NCBI RefSeq assembly: GCF_000008465.1
Contig: NC_006512.1
Location: 2,790,001 to 2,822,000 of the forward strand
Direction of reading: 5' to 3'
From: Idiomarina loihiensis L2TR
GTDB taxonomy: Bacteria; Pseudomonadota; Gammaproteobacteria; Enterobacterales; Alteromonadaceae
Length of the DNA: 32,000 bases
The position numbers and the translations under genes are program-made. The notes under the pieces were generated by a model. It was not told where the DNA came from and made no database searches. It saw nothing but the letters and a program-made list of their open reading frames with translations. The first letter of the stretch is position 1. Every line of letters begins with the position of its first letter. This document shows positions 8,135 through 15,789 of this stretch, in pieces.

Positions 8135-8941
8135 ATGAAACCTGCACGAAAATTTATAGTACCTGTGTCGCTATCTTTATTAGTAATAGGCCTGTTAATG
8201 ACAAAACAGGTTTATTCCGTTGAACTCGTTCAGATGTGTAAAGTGACAACTATCGGAGTATCTGGAAGTTCGACTTCTTGGACGAGTCAAACCTGCTGGT
8301 GGGAGGATTTAGGAGGCGGTGGCGGGGGCGGCCCCGGCGGAGGAAGTGGTGATCCTTTCCCCAGCGGCGGTGGTGGCTCTGGGGGATCACCTACCTATTC
8401 ACATAATGACTTCGACACAGATGGCAATAATGAGAGCGACTGCTGGAAAAGTTTAGTAGCGAATGGTGATCATTATCTAGATGAGGGTGATGACTTTGGC
8501 ATGAGAGTTTTGAGCGGTAAGAATGATATGCATGACGGCATTGATATTCAAGCACCATACGGTTCAATTATACGCTCTCCAGCTTACGGTAAAGTCACAG
8601 GAGTAGAAAAAACAGATTCTGGTCTTAACGGAGCATATGTACGCATGCGCTATATGAAAAATCAAACCTTATATGAAGCCGTTATGATACATATGGTTGA
8701 AGACTCGCCTACTGTAGGCATAGGGGATATAGTTTATCCTGGCACCCCATTGGGGATGGTCAACAGCACAGGTTCTTCTACAGGTGACCACCTACACTTC
8801 CAATTATATGTTATTGATACTCCTATCTCTCCAGATGGCATTAATCCTTGGACTGGCAAGCCATATAATTATGCAGCATTAGGCCCTAAAACCCCTATTG
8901 ACCCGGTACCCAGAATGGGTGACTTATCTTGTGAAATTTAG
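8135..8941 (+). CDS. Secreted M23 (lysostaphin-like) metallopeptidase with Gly-rich linker
   Basis: Signal peptide ...TKQVYS-VE. Linker GGGGGGPGGGSGDPFPSGGGGSGGSP. M23 motifs HDGIDI (HxxxD) and STGDHLHFQL (HxH). Strong RBS AGAGGA. Confidence 0.85.
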   Translation: MKPARKFIVPVSLSLLVIGLLMTKQVYSVELVQMCKVTTIGVSGSSTSWTSQTCWWEDLGGGGGGGPGGGSGDPFPSGGGGSGGSPTYSHNDFDTDGNNESDCWKSLVANGDHYLDEGDDFGMRVLSGKNDMHDGIDIQAPYGSIIRSPAYGKVTGVEKTDSGLNGAYVRMRYMKNQTLYEAVMIHMVEDSPTVGIGDIVYPGTPLGMVNSTGSSTGDHLHFQLYVIDTPISPDGINPWTGKPYNYAALGPKTPIDPVPRMGDLSCEI

Positions 8942-8966
8942 TGAATAAAAGACATGGAAGGACATT

Positions 8967-10061
8967 ATGAATATTTTAAAAAGAATCTGTTTAGTAAGTA
9001 CTTTTACTTTAGCTATCAGTGTTCATGCGGAAGAACTACATTTCACCCAAGAAAGTAGTACCTTTGTTGAAATACTGAGTTCGCAATACATCGCGACTAT
9101 TAAAGGGGACTCTTCTGACAAAGTTGATTTTTATACTAAAAATCAAGATTTGGTCAATTCAGTCTCATTAGATTGGAAAGCCAACCATGCATGGAGACTT
9201 TCAAAGGATTATTTTCTGGTCGCATCATTAAAAAGAGCACCTGATCCAGAAGCCTATAATCAAGCCGTTTTATTTAAAGGCGATAAAATTGTTGAGCATT
9301 TTAGAGATGTTAAAAATATCCATTCAATACCAGGAGGAGAAAAGTTTGCCATTGAAACAGCCACGGGCAACGATGAAAAGAAAACTCACTTAAAGATATT
9401 TGACGTCAAAAAAGGGTTTGTTAAAGAAGGAAGAATTCCACGGACAACTCGCTTCAGTACGGTGTCTATTTCTCCTGACCTTAATAGCGTTGCAATTTCC
9501 CCTTTCTCCACAGATTCAAGTTCTGTCTTGAATATAACGGTCTACTCTGGTGATAATTTTTCGTCAGAGACAGATTATAACTTCGACAATACTCGAATAT
9601 ATCAAACAATCCCCCTTGCAAATGGGTTAGTGGCAATTAACGTGAATCGCCGTATTGCAGCAATGTCTGAAGCTAAGGCTGAATGGACCATTCCAAATAA
9701 ACAAATTTTTGTTACCGTTGATGTTTTAAAGCAAACCTCAGATCCGAACTACATAATCGCGGAAGAAAATACCGGTAGGGTCGTGGTTATCGGACTAGAC
9801 GGTTCCATCGCCTTTGACTCAAAAGATCAAGAGGATGATACCTTCGAAAAGATAGAGCAAAACGGAGCTTATATTGATGTTGTCAATGACCAGTTAATCA
9901 TTAATGACAGTAATCGTGGGGAGGCGCTAATCATACCGCTTAAAAAACCAAAGCAAGTTAAGCATATTCGTGAAGTAAGCGACATACTAGCTATCGACGT
10001 AGCAAGTGGATACATCGCTTTTAAGAAAAAGGGTAAATTGAAAATAAAGAAGATTAATTAA
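8967..10061 (+). CDS. Secreted hypothetical protein co-transcribed with the M23 peptidase
   Basis: Starts 25 nt after the M23 stop, with RBS GGAAGG. Signal peptide LAISVHA-EE. No recognisable domain. Confidence 0.6.
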   Translation: MNILKRICLVSTFTLAISVHAEELHFTQESSTFVEILSSQYIATIKGDSSDKVDFYTKNQDLVNSVSLDWKANHAWRLSKDYFLVASLKRAPDPEAYNQAVLFKGDKIVEHFRDVKNIHSIPGGEKFAIETATGNDEKKTHLKIFDVKKGFVKEGRIPRTTRFSTVSISPDLNSVAISPFSTDSSSVLNITVYSGDNFSSETDYNFDNTRIYQTIPLANGLVAINVNRRIAAMSEAKAEWTIPNKQIFVTVDVLKQTSDPNYIIAEENTGRVVVIGLDGSIAFDSKDQEDDTFEKIEQNGAYIDVVNDQLIINDSNRGEALIIPLKKPKQVKHIREVSDILAIDVASGYIAFKKKGKLKIKKIN

Positions 10062-10069
10062 AGCAAAAA

Positions 10070-10104
10070 CTCCGAAACAGAGTTCCAAAGGCTTTGTTTC
10101 GGAG
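10070..10104 (+). terminator. Intrinsic terminator after the M23 two-gene unit
   Basis: ctccgaaaca (10070-10079) pairs with tgtttcggag (10095-10104). A T-rich tract follows shortly after. Confidence 0.6.
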
Positions 10105-10260
10105 TGATGTATTTTTAATATCGTAAATTTATAGTTTTTTTAATAATCTTATACTATTTTTCAAAATATCTTTCCTCTTAGCACTTAGAATCGCTCCTAT
10201 TGATAAGAACAAAATTACTCTTAGAGGTTGCGCGAACAACCTTATAGCCAAATCTATTTT

Positions 10261-10324
10261 TAACAACTTTAATGTCTCATTTAAGACCTTTAATGTTTGT
10301 TAAGAACTTTAATGTACGCCGACA
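10261..10324 (-). repeat. Tn7-family right-end module, copy 1 (three TnsB-type sites plus terminus)
   Basis: The reverse complement reads TGTCGGCG-TACATTAAAGTTCTTAA-caaaCATTAAAGGTCTTAA-atgagaCATTAAAGTTGTTA. The CTTTAATG cores lie at 10267, 10288 and 10307, i.e. 19-21 bp apart. It ends in ...GACA at 10324. Confidence 0.7.
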
Positions 10325-10371
10325 GCTATATACTCAACAGGCATTATTTTCCACCCTTAAAATAGTATTTT

Positions 10372-10435
10372 TAACAACTTTAATGTCTCATTTAAGATCT
10401 TTAATGTTTATTAAGAACTTTAATGTACGCCGACA
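10372..10435 (-). repeat. Tn7-family right-end module, copy 2
   Basis: 62 of 64 positions are identical to 10261-10324, offset by 111 bp. The terminal ACA at 10433-10435 abuts the A-run that precedes the intact element. Confidence 0.7.
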
Positions 10436-10439
10436 AAAA

Positions 10440-10589
10440 TGTGGTGTGGTAATAAAGCTCCATACTATACTCGGCTAAGTTATTGATTTATTGAATCACA
10501 TTCGCAGACCTGAATAATAAACAATCATACTAATAAATCGATTAGCCTTTTCTCTTGACTAAAATTTAAGAATAAAGTGTCATACCTAC
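10440..10589 (+). repeat. Left end of the Tn7-like element with three spaced TnsB-type sites
   Basis: Sites are GGTAATAAAGCTCCATACTA (10448-10467), TGAATAATAAACAATCATACTA (10511-10532) and AAGAATAAAGTGTCATACCTA (10568-10588). Their dispersed spacing resembles Tn7-L. Confidence 0.8.
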
Positions 10590-10683
10590 TGGCCTCTACA
10601 ATCACAGACTAAAAGGCTTGATAATACGATGCTTTATATCAGTATAGCTTGAGGCTGAGAGACCATGTCTTAAGAGGTTATGA

Positions 10684-10995
10684 ATGAAAAGCTTATCTTG
10701 CCCTGCCGCTCTATTCTTCCATGGCTCTATCGCTTGGCTAATCCGCTATCTTCACTCAAGGGCCGATGCGCTTTTTTATATCGTGTTAACACTAATCACT
10801 TCACTTGTTGTTCACTTTGCTACTTATAAAGGTGTATTTGTAAGATATTGGCCAGAACATCTCAAAGACGATGCAATATTGTCTAGACTTTTTACGGTAC
10901 CGCTTCTTGCAACCGCCAATATTGCAGTAGCGGCGATTTCTCTTTTCATTGCATCCTTTATTCATAACCCCATGGGGGAGCATTTAAAAAAATAG
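10684..10995 (+). CDS. Small hydrophobic hypothetical protein (2-3 TM helices)
   Basis: ORF only. Hydrophobic segments are present. No clear RBS and no homology recognised. Confidence 0.3.
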   Translation: MKSLSCPAALFFHGSIAWLIRYLHSRADALFYIVLTLITSLVVHFATYKGVFVRYWPEHLKDDAILSRLFTVPLLATANIAVAAISLFIASFIHNPMGEHLKK

Positions 10996-11303
10996 AAGAT
11001 ACTATTTATAAAAATCAATTAAGCACTCAGAACGATCTTGAAAACCTCAGATTGCATATCCCTGCGTCAAAAGAGGTTACCGTAGTATCAGATTTTTTAT
11101 TTTGGTTGAAAAGTCAATTTTTCTGAAACTCTTACTTTTAGTGTAATAGAGGCTTCTTTGACGTCAATCGTTTTATTTTATTTATCGAATATATTCTTTT
11201 TTTGATAATCAAACTAATTAAAACTATAGTTAATGGCTAGCTAATATGGCTTTCTATTGAACAAAAAAAGTATCAATTCGAGTTAAACCTATAGTTTAAT
11301 CTA

Positions 11304-11609
11304 TTACCAAAGTTCTCTTTCTGCAGTTTCTATAAAACTTTCTATTACGTCAAACTCGGCATTAGTAAAAGCTATTTTTGCTCCCCCATGTGTCAAGGTC
11401 ACACCGGAGTCCGTAGAATAAAAACCATAATTAATATTATTTTTATGATTATCATTTCGATCATAATTTTTAATATAATTATTAGCAATCTCAGGATCGA
11501 TCGGAACGGACCAGCCGCCTGAAGATACGATCAAAAGACCTTCTGAATCAGCTTTAAGGAATACTTTACCTTCATCTCTGTCAAGCTTAATCGTATTCAT
11601 GAAATACAC
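11304..11609 (-). CDS. Hypothetical protein, last gene of the cargo operon
   Basis: 101 aa. It starts 32 nt downstream of the preceding gene on the same strand. No domain recognised. Confidence 0.5.
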   Translation of the reverse strand: MYFMNTIKLDRDEGKVFLKADSEGLLIVSSGGWSVPIDPEIANNYIKNYDRNDNHKNNINYGFYSTDSGVTLTHGGAKIAFTNAEFDVIESFIETAERELW

Positions 11610-11641
11610 CTTTTAAAATGATAAGTCTAAATAGATATAAA

Positions 11642-12370
11642 TTACTTCTTAAAACAATACCAATTATGACTACAAAGTTCCGAATTATGACTCATAAACA
11701 AATGTTTACTATAGTCATCACTCTCTGTCCCCGAGTCTGGCTTGAACCATTTTTGATGGCATTGGCTAATTAAATCGCTAAAGATAGAAACATGGATCCC
11801 TTCATCGTGGTCAACCAAGTGGTCTGCTATAATCATCAAAATTGTAGAATAAAAGTCTAACTGGCTAGTTGGAATTCTTACTGAGCCAAACCCTCGGTTT
11901 TTACTCTTTTCAAGACTTACGTTCAATTTATCGTGTATGTCATGAACCAATACAGAGTTGTCCTGTTGAGCATGAAATACAGGATGTGCCGGACTAACTT
12001 CCTTATCAAAATCGTAATGAAAACCTATAGGATCTTTAAGATTTAGTTTCTCACTTGGCTTGTTAGGTCGGCAATACAGTACATCCGTTTTGTATTTTGT
12101 AAAATAAATATCTTTACCCTTCTTAATTGCGTGCATATGGCCTTTTACATATATATTTATTTTACTCTTACGATCTGACTTGCCCGAGTCTGATACACTT
12201 TCAAATTTAGCTAAATCACATATATCACATTTAAAAATACCATCATCAATCTCTTCAATAGACCAAGGAGGTATATGCACGAAGGACCCTATATCTAACT
12301 TAGAACACATAGTTAAGATACAATTCGTAAAATGACTATGGTTCTTATCAAGTAGCTTTTGAAATGACAT
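11642..12370 (-). CDS. Hypothetical His/Asp/Cys-rich protein, fourth gene of the cargo operon
   Basis: 242 aa, starting 8 nt after the upstream stop. Motifs are CDICD, KGHMHAIKKG, HPVFHAQQD, VHDIHDK and ADHLVDHDEGIH. These are compatible with metal binding, but no family could be assigned. Confidence 0.55.
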   Translation of the reverse strand: MSFQKLLDKNHSHFTNCILTMCSKLDIGSFVHIPPWSIEEIDDGIFKCDICDLAKFESVSDSGKSDRKSKINIYVKGHMHAIKKGKDIYFTKYKTDVLYCRPNKPSEKLNLKDPIGFHYDFDKEVSPAHPVFHAQQDNSVLVHDIHDKLNVSLEKSKNRGFGSVRIPTSQLDFYSTILMIIADHLVDHDEGIHVSIFSDLISQCHQKWFKPDSGTESDDYSKHLFMSHNSELCSHNWYCFKK

Positions 12371-12378
12371 GTAAGTTA

Positions 12379-13545
12379 CTAATTCTTAGATTCTAAGTAT
12401 GGATGATATAGTTCATACGCTTCTGTAGCAATACGGCTCAAATCAGCACCTCTAGGCATCCAATCCAACGCACCTATAGAGTGTTTTTTACAAACAGGAG
12501 CTTCTTTAACCAAACAAAAATATCCCGCTGACTCTCCACACTCGAGACATGCAGATTGCTTGCATTCGATACCTTTCTTAAGAAGAAGTTGATAGCCTGA
12601 ATCTACCTCTTCATCAATTAAAATATCATCTAAGTCGAATCGCCACCAAAATTCGTATTTTGTTTTCTGAGAGAATGGACCAGTGTATAAAGCTGAGTTA
12701 AATTGTTGCTTATTTTCTATGAAATCATCGTAATTAAGATCCAAATATGACGCAGCAGCTTCAGACTTCAAAATGACACCAGGAAATTTCAATACAGAAT
12801 TATATAGCCAGAATCCTATTAAATAGGCTAACCCTGTTTTAAATTTTAATATAACGGAATCTTCATCAGAATTTTCATTATCTATAGCTTCAAGAAGCTC
12901 AACATAGTCACCGTATAAGTTAAAAGACCTCGCATATCCACTAAGAATGGGTTCCATATCGTCTTTATCCAAAATTTCTGTGGCTATGTCTACAATATCT
13001 TTTCTAGTATTATCTTCATTAACGAAGTCTTGCTTTTCTAGCTTATTAATTCTTTCTCTAAGTTCTTCAAATCCCAGGTAGATTGAATGAATACGTACAA
13101 TATCCTCAGGGATTAATTCTATATCCTCGTTCCCCGTCCCTTTAAGGTCTAATTTCGCTGAATATAAATGAGCACGTTGAACGAGCTCTTTTATTCTTTG
13201 ACGCGGAGTTTGCTTGGACATAACGCGAGAATATCTGCAATGAGGCACCCCAGCAAGCTTACAGGCATCGCTCACTACAGACTCTGATAGCTTTGAGTTA
13301 TAGCCGCTCAAATCGTGATCGACTACAACTAATTTTATATCAGGGTTATCTGTTAAGTACCGCTCGAATTGCTTCTCAGTTGAATTGTTAGCTCCAACTT
13401 TTTCAGATGGCTTCAACAAAGTTTCGCAAACAGAATCGTCGACTTCGACAACTTCTACACTATCTTGTTGTAATTGACGCCGTAAATTACTTACTACTTC
13501 GGATCGTTTCTTATTATCGTCGTCAATAACTAAAATTTTATCCAT
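12379..13545 (-). CDS. Receiver (REC)-like domain protein with unassigned C-terminal region and terminal Cys cluster
   Basis: The N-terminus KILVIDDDNKKR ... IKLVVVDHDLSG has the acidic pocket and a candidate acceptor Asp (about D76) of CheY-like receivers. The C-terminal roughly 250 aa are unassigned. The protein ends with CKQSACLECGESAGYFCLVKEAPVCKKH (zinc-ribbon-like). Confidence 0.6.
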   Translation of the reverse strand: MDKILVIDDDNKKRSEVVSNLRRQLQQDSVEVVEVDDSVCETLLKPSEKVGANNSTEKQFERYLTDNPDIKLVVVDHDLSGYNSKLSESVVSDACKLAGVPHCRYSRVMSKQTPRQRIKELVQRAHLYSAKLDLKGTGNEDIELIPEDIVRIHSIYLGFEELRERINKLEKQDFVNEDNTRKDIVDIATEILDKDDMEPILSGYARSFNLYGDYVELLEAIDNENSDEDSVILKFKTGLAYLIGFWLYNSVLKFPGVILKSEAAASYLDLNYDDFIENKQQFNSALYTGPFSQKTKYEFWWRFDLDDILIDEEVDSGYQLLLKKGIECKQSACLECGESAGYFCLVKEAPVCKKHSIGALDWMPRGADLSRIATEAYELYHPYLESKN

Positions 13546-13551
13546 AAAAAC

Positions 13552-15789
13552 CTACTTAACAGGAAGTTCAATTTCAAAGGTAGTTGCAAACCCATTCTCA
13601 GGCGAGACCAACTCTATCCTGCCACCGAGCTTTTCGATTATTTGTTTTACTAAGGGCAACCCCAATCCCATTCCACTACCTAATGGGTTATTTTCGTTAG
13701 AAGTGGTCGTATACAGTGGGTCCCATATGAGTCTTCTAGTTCCAGGAGGAATACCTGCACCATTATCACTCACTCGAATAAAGTGACTGTTTTTCCGATT
13801 CAGAGTCGAGATTTTTATGCATTTATTCTCTTTTGATTCAGATACAAGAGCCTTAAGGGCATTAGTATATAAATTGTGAATGATTCCTTTATAGACAGCC
13901 ACCGGCATTTTAGGCGCATACACATCTCGGTCTACATCTACCATATCTATATCAATATCGCGTTCTAACCTGAACTTAGAAAACGAATTAACGACATCCT
14001 GTATTTGAGGAAAAGCTCTAAAATAGACCTCATTGCTGAAATTGATCGACTCAATAAACGACTCAGTATACTCGGTATAAGCTAAAAAAGCAGACAACGA
14101 CTCATCAAGCTTTTGTGAGTGGCCAGATAATTCAGGATAGTTAGCTTCGAGAAATTTTACTCGATCTAGAGTTTCCTCTAAAAGATGAAGAGTGCTTTTG
14201 AATTCATGCGTCATAAAACCCGCAACCACTCCGAGTAACCCCATATTTACAAAATTTTCACGGGTCTTTCTTTCATGATCTATGAGCTTATCATAGTCAT
14301 TTCTCAAAGAGCTGTATTTACTTGTTAGTGCTTCCTTGTCCTCTTGGCTCAATGTCGACGTATTTTCGATTAGGTCAATTACCTCGTCTATCTCGTCTTG
14401 TGCCCTTTCATAATCTCTTTTTTTTCTTTCTTCCTCTTCATCCAGAGAATATTTTTTATCATGGTATGCGACTAGCTCTATGGAAAATCGGCATATATCA
14501 TTTAGCTGTTGAAACCCCTCATTTTCTACTAGGCCTTGCCTATCGGTACTAGGAGAAAGAGATTTAATATCGTCAGTTATACGAGCATTGCTAGCCTCAA
14601 TAAAAACCCCTCCAACTAACTGATGAGTTTCAGGTAAGGCAAGCATTGGGTTGAGTTTAGGACTCGTTCTTTGCTCAGTCGACATTTCATAGTGTTCTTT
14701 CATAAAGGGAGAACGCCAATGCCGTTCGCTGCGAGAACTATCCGCATTTAGACTTAACCAGTCATCATCAATCTCTCCGTAAGGAGGTACCTTAAAGCTT
14801 TTATCATATACAGCTACACTTGGTGAGTTTCTTATCCATGCTCTAGCCTTGTTCCCGTTAATAGTTCCATTTCGGAGCATACCTTTACGGGAAGGAAAAT
14901 AATTCACTTGTCCGTATATATCACAACCCATTAAATTCTTTATTGGAATTTTTACTTCATCACATAAACCTTTATCACGATGAAGAACCTTCATAAAAAG
15001 ATTATTTCCGTTGGTATAGAAGTAGGATCTAAATAGATAACTTTTGAGAACATCGTCCGCGATATTATCTACTTCAGACTTTCTTTTCTCGGTTTTGTCG
15101 CCAGGAACTATAAAATTTAAATTGAATTTATCGCTTTCTTCTGATGAAACTTCACGTTTAGATTTATAGGAATGCTTTAGCTTAAAGTCATAAGGTGCGT
15201 CAGACAAAAGTGCATCTATCGGCGATACCATTGATAAAGTGCTATCTTTGATTTGCTTAATTTTTTTGTAATCGAATTTGTGTCTGAGGTTTTTTATAAC
15301 TAAGGTAGTTCCCGCACTATCCTCAACTCGATTATAAAGTCGATAACTAATAATAAGCGAGTCGATCGAGGATTGACTATCTACTTTTTCCCAATTAAAT
15401 CTAGCAACTATTTTGCTTCTATCACCACATTTATTTTCATAGACCGTGATTAAAAGTAAAGTTTTTCCTAAAAATCTAGTCGCAAACCTTCCAATTCCCT
15501 TTGAGCCAGTAATTGTTCTACCAAACACTTTACTTGTAGGTGAGCCTGCTTTATTTCCGGTAGCAATTCGCATCCATTTATTCTTAAAGTCATCCAGACT
15601 CATTCCATGTCCGGTGTCTTTCACAACGATTCGGCTATCACTCCACTCAACATTACAGCTTGTTGCATCAGCATCGTATGAATTTTTAATCAATTCGGTC
15701 AACGCGACTTCAGAAGAGCTAACAAGCTGCTCTCCTAACTCACGGAGGATTGCACTTTCAACACTGAAACGAATTTCATCGCGATTCAT
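13552..15789 (-). CDS. Cytoplasmic fusion protein: N-terminal Hsp90/MORC-like GHKL ATPase module plus C-terminal histidine-kinase core (DHp H-box and HATPase_c)
   Basis: N-terminal Bergerat motifs: LTELIKNSYDADA (N-box), VKDTGHGMS (DxGxG) and GSKGIGRFA (GxxGxG). A central acidic coiled-coil follows. C-terminal motifs: H-box GFMTHEFKSTL, N-box IIHNLYTNALKAL, G1 VSDNGAGIP and G2 GSGMGLGLPLVKQIIE. No TM segments. The ATG directly abuts the MTase stop (TAAATG). Confidence 0.75.
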   Translation of the reverse strand: MNRDEIRFSVESAILRELGEQLVSSSEVALTELIKNSYDADATSCNVEWSDSRIVVKDTGHGMSLDDFKNKWMRIATGNKAGSPTSKVFGRTITGSKGIGRFATRFLGKTLLLITVYENKCGDRSKIVARFNWEKVDSQSSIDSLIISYRLYNRVEDSAGTTLVIKNLRHKFDYKKIKQIKDSTLSMVSPIDALLSDAPYDFKLKHSYKSKREVSSEESDKFNLNFIVPGDKTEKRKSEVDNIADDVLKSYLFRSYFYTNGNNLFMKVLHRDKGLCDEVKIPIKNLMGCDIYGQVNYFPSRKGMLRNGTINGNKARAWIRNSPSVAVYDKSFKVPPYGEIDDDWLSLNADSSRSERHWRSPFMKEHYEMSTEQRTSPKLNPMLALPETHQLVGGVFIEASNARITDDIKSLSPSTDRQGLVENEGFQQLNDICRFSIELVAYHDKKYSLDEEEERKKRDYERAQDEIDEVIDLIENTSTLSQEDKEALTSKYSSLRNDYDKLIDHERKTRENFVNMGLLGVVAGFMTHEFKSTLHLLEETLDRVKFLEANYPELSGHSQKLDESLSAFLAYTEYTESFIESINFSNEVYFRAFPQIQDVVNSFSKFRLERDIDIDMVDVDRDVYAPKMPVAVYKGIIHNLYTNALKALVSESKENKCIKISTLNRKNSHFIRVSDNGAGIPPGTRRLIWDPLYTTTSNENNPLGSGMGLGLPLVKQIIEKLGGRIELVSPENGFATTFEIELPVK

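Larger units (their letters stand above)
7456..10435 (-). mobile_element. Decayed Tn7-family element remnant(s): end modules, tnsA pseudogene, two passenger genes
   Basis: Right-end modules at 10261-10324 and 10372-10435 point toward lower coordinates. The tnsA pseudogene has the same orientation. No tnsB/C/D/E are present. The end family (CATTAAAGTT..TTAA) differs from that of the intact element. Confidence 0.5.

Noticed and set aside
8300-8385. Locally GC-rich, repetitive GGN tract considered as a DNA-level repeat element.
   Set aside because: It is in frame and encodes the Gly-rich linker of the M23 peptidase. The low complexity is at the protein level, not an independent repeat.
10261-10435. 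Possibility that the regularly spaced short repeats are a CRISPR array, which would make this a CRISPR-associated transposon.
   Set aside because: There are only two 64-bp units, each built from 19-21-bp-spaced TnsB-type sites ending in a TGT/ACA terminus. There are no cas genes in the window. The intact element carries TnsD and TnsE, the non-CRISPR targeting proteins.
10272-10478. 68-aa ORF in the track with an internally repeated peptide (MSHLRPLMFVKNFNVRRQ / MSHLRSLMFIKNFNVRRQ).
   Set aside because: It is simply a translation across the two copies of the 64-bp transposon right-end module and into the next element's terminus. It has no RBS, and the repeat is explained at the DNA level.
11642-13545. 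Search for a classical restriction endonuclease (PD-(D/E)xK, HNH, PLD, Mrr) partnering the methyltransferase.
   Set aside because: No convincing catalytic motif could be found by eye in genes 3-5. I therefore do not call the operon a Type I, II or III R-M system. Absence by eye is weak evidence and needs profile and structure searches.
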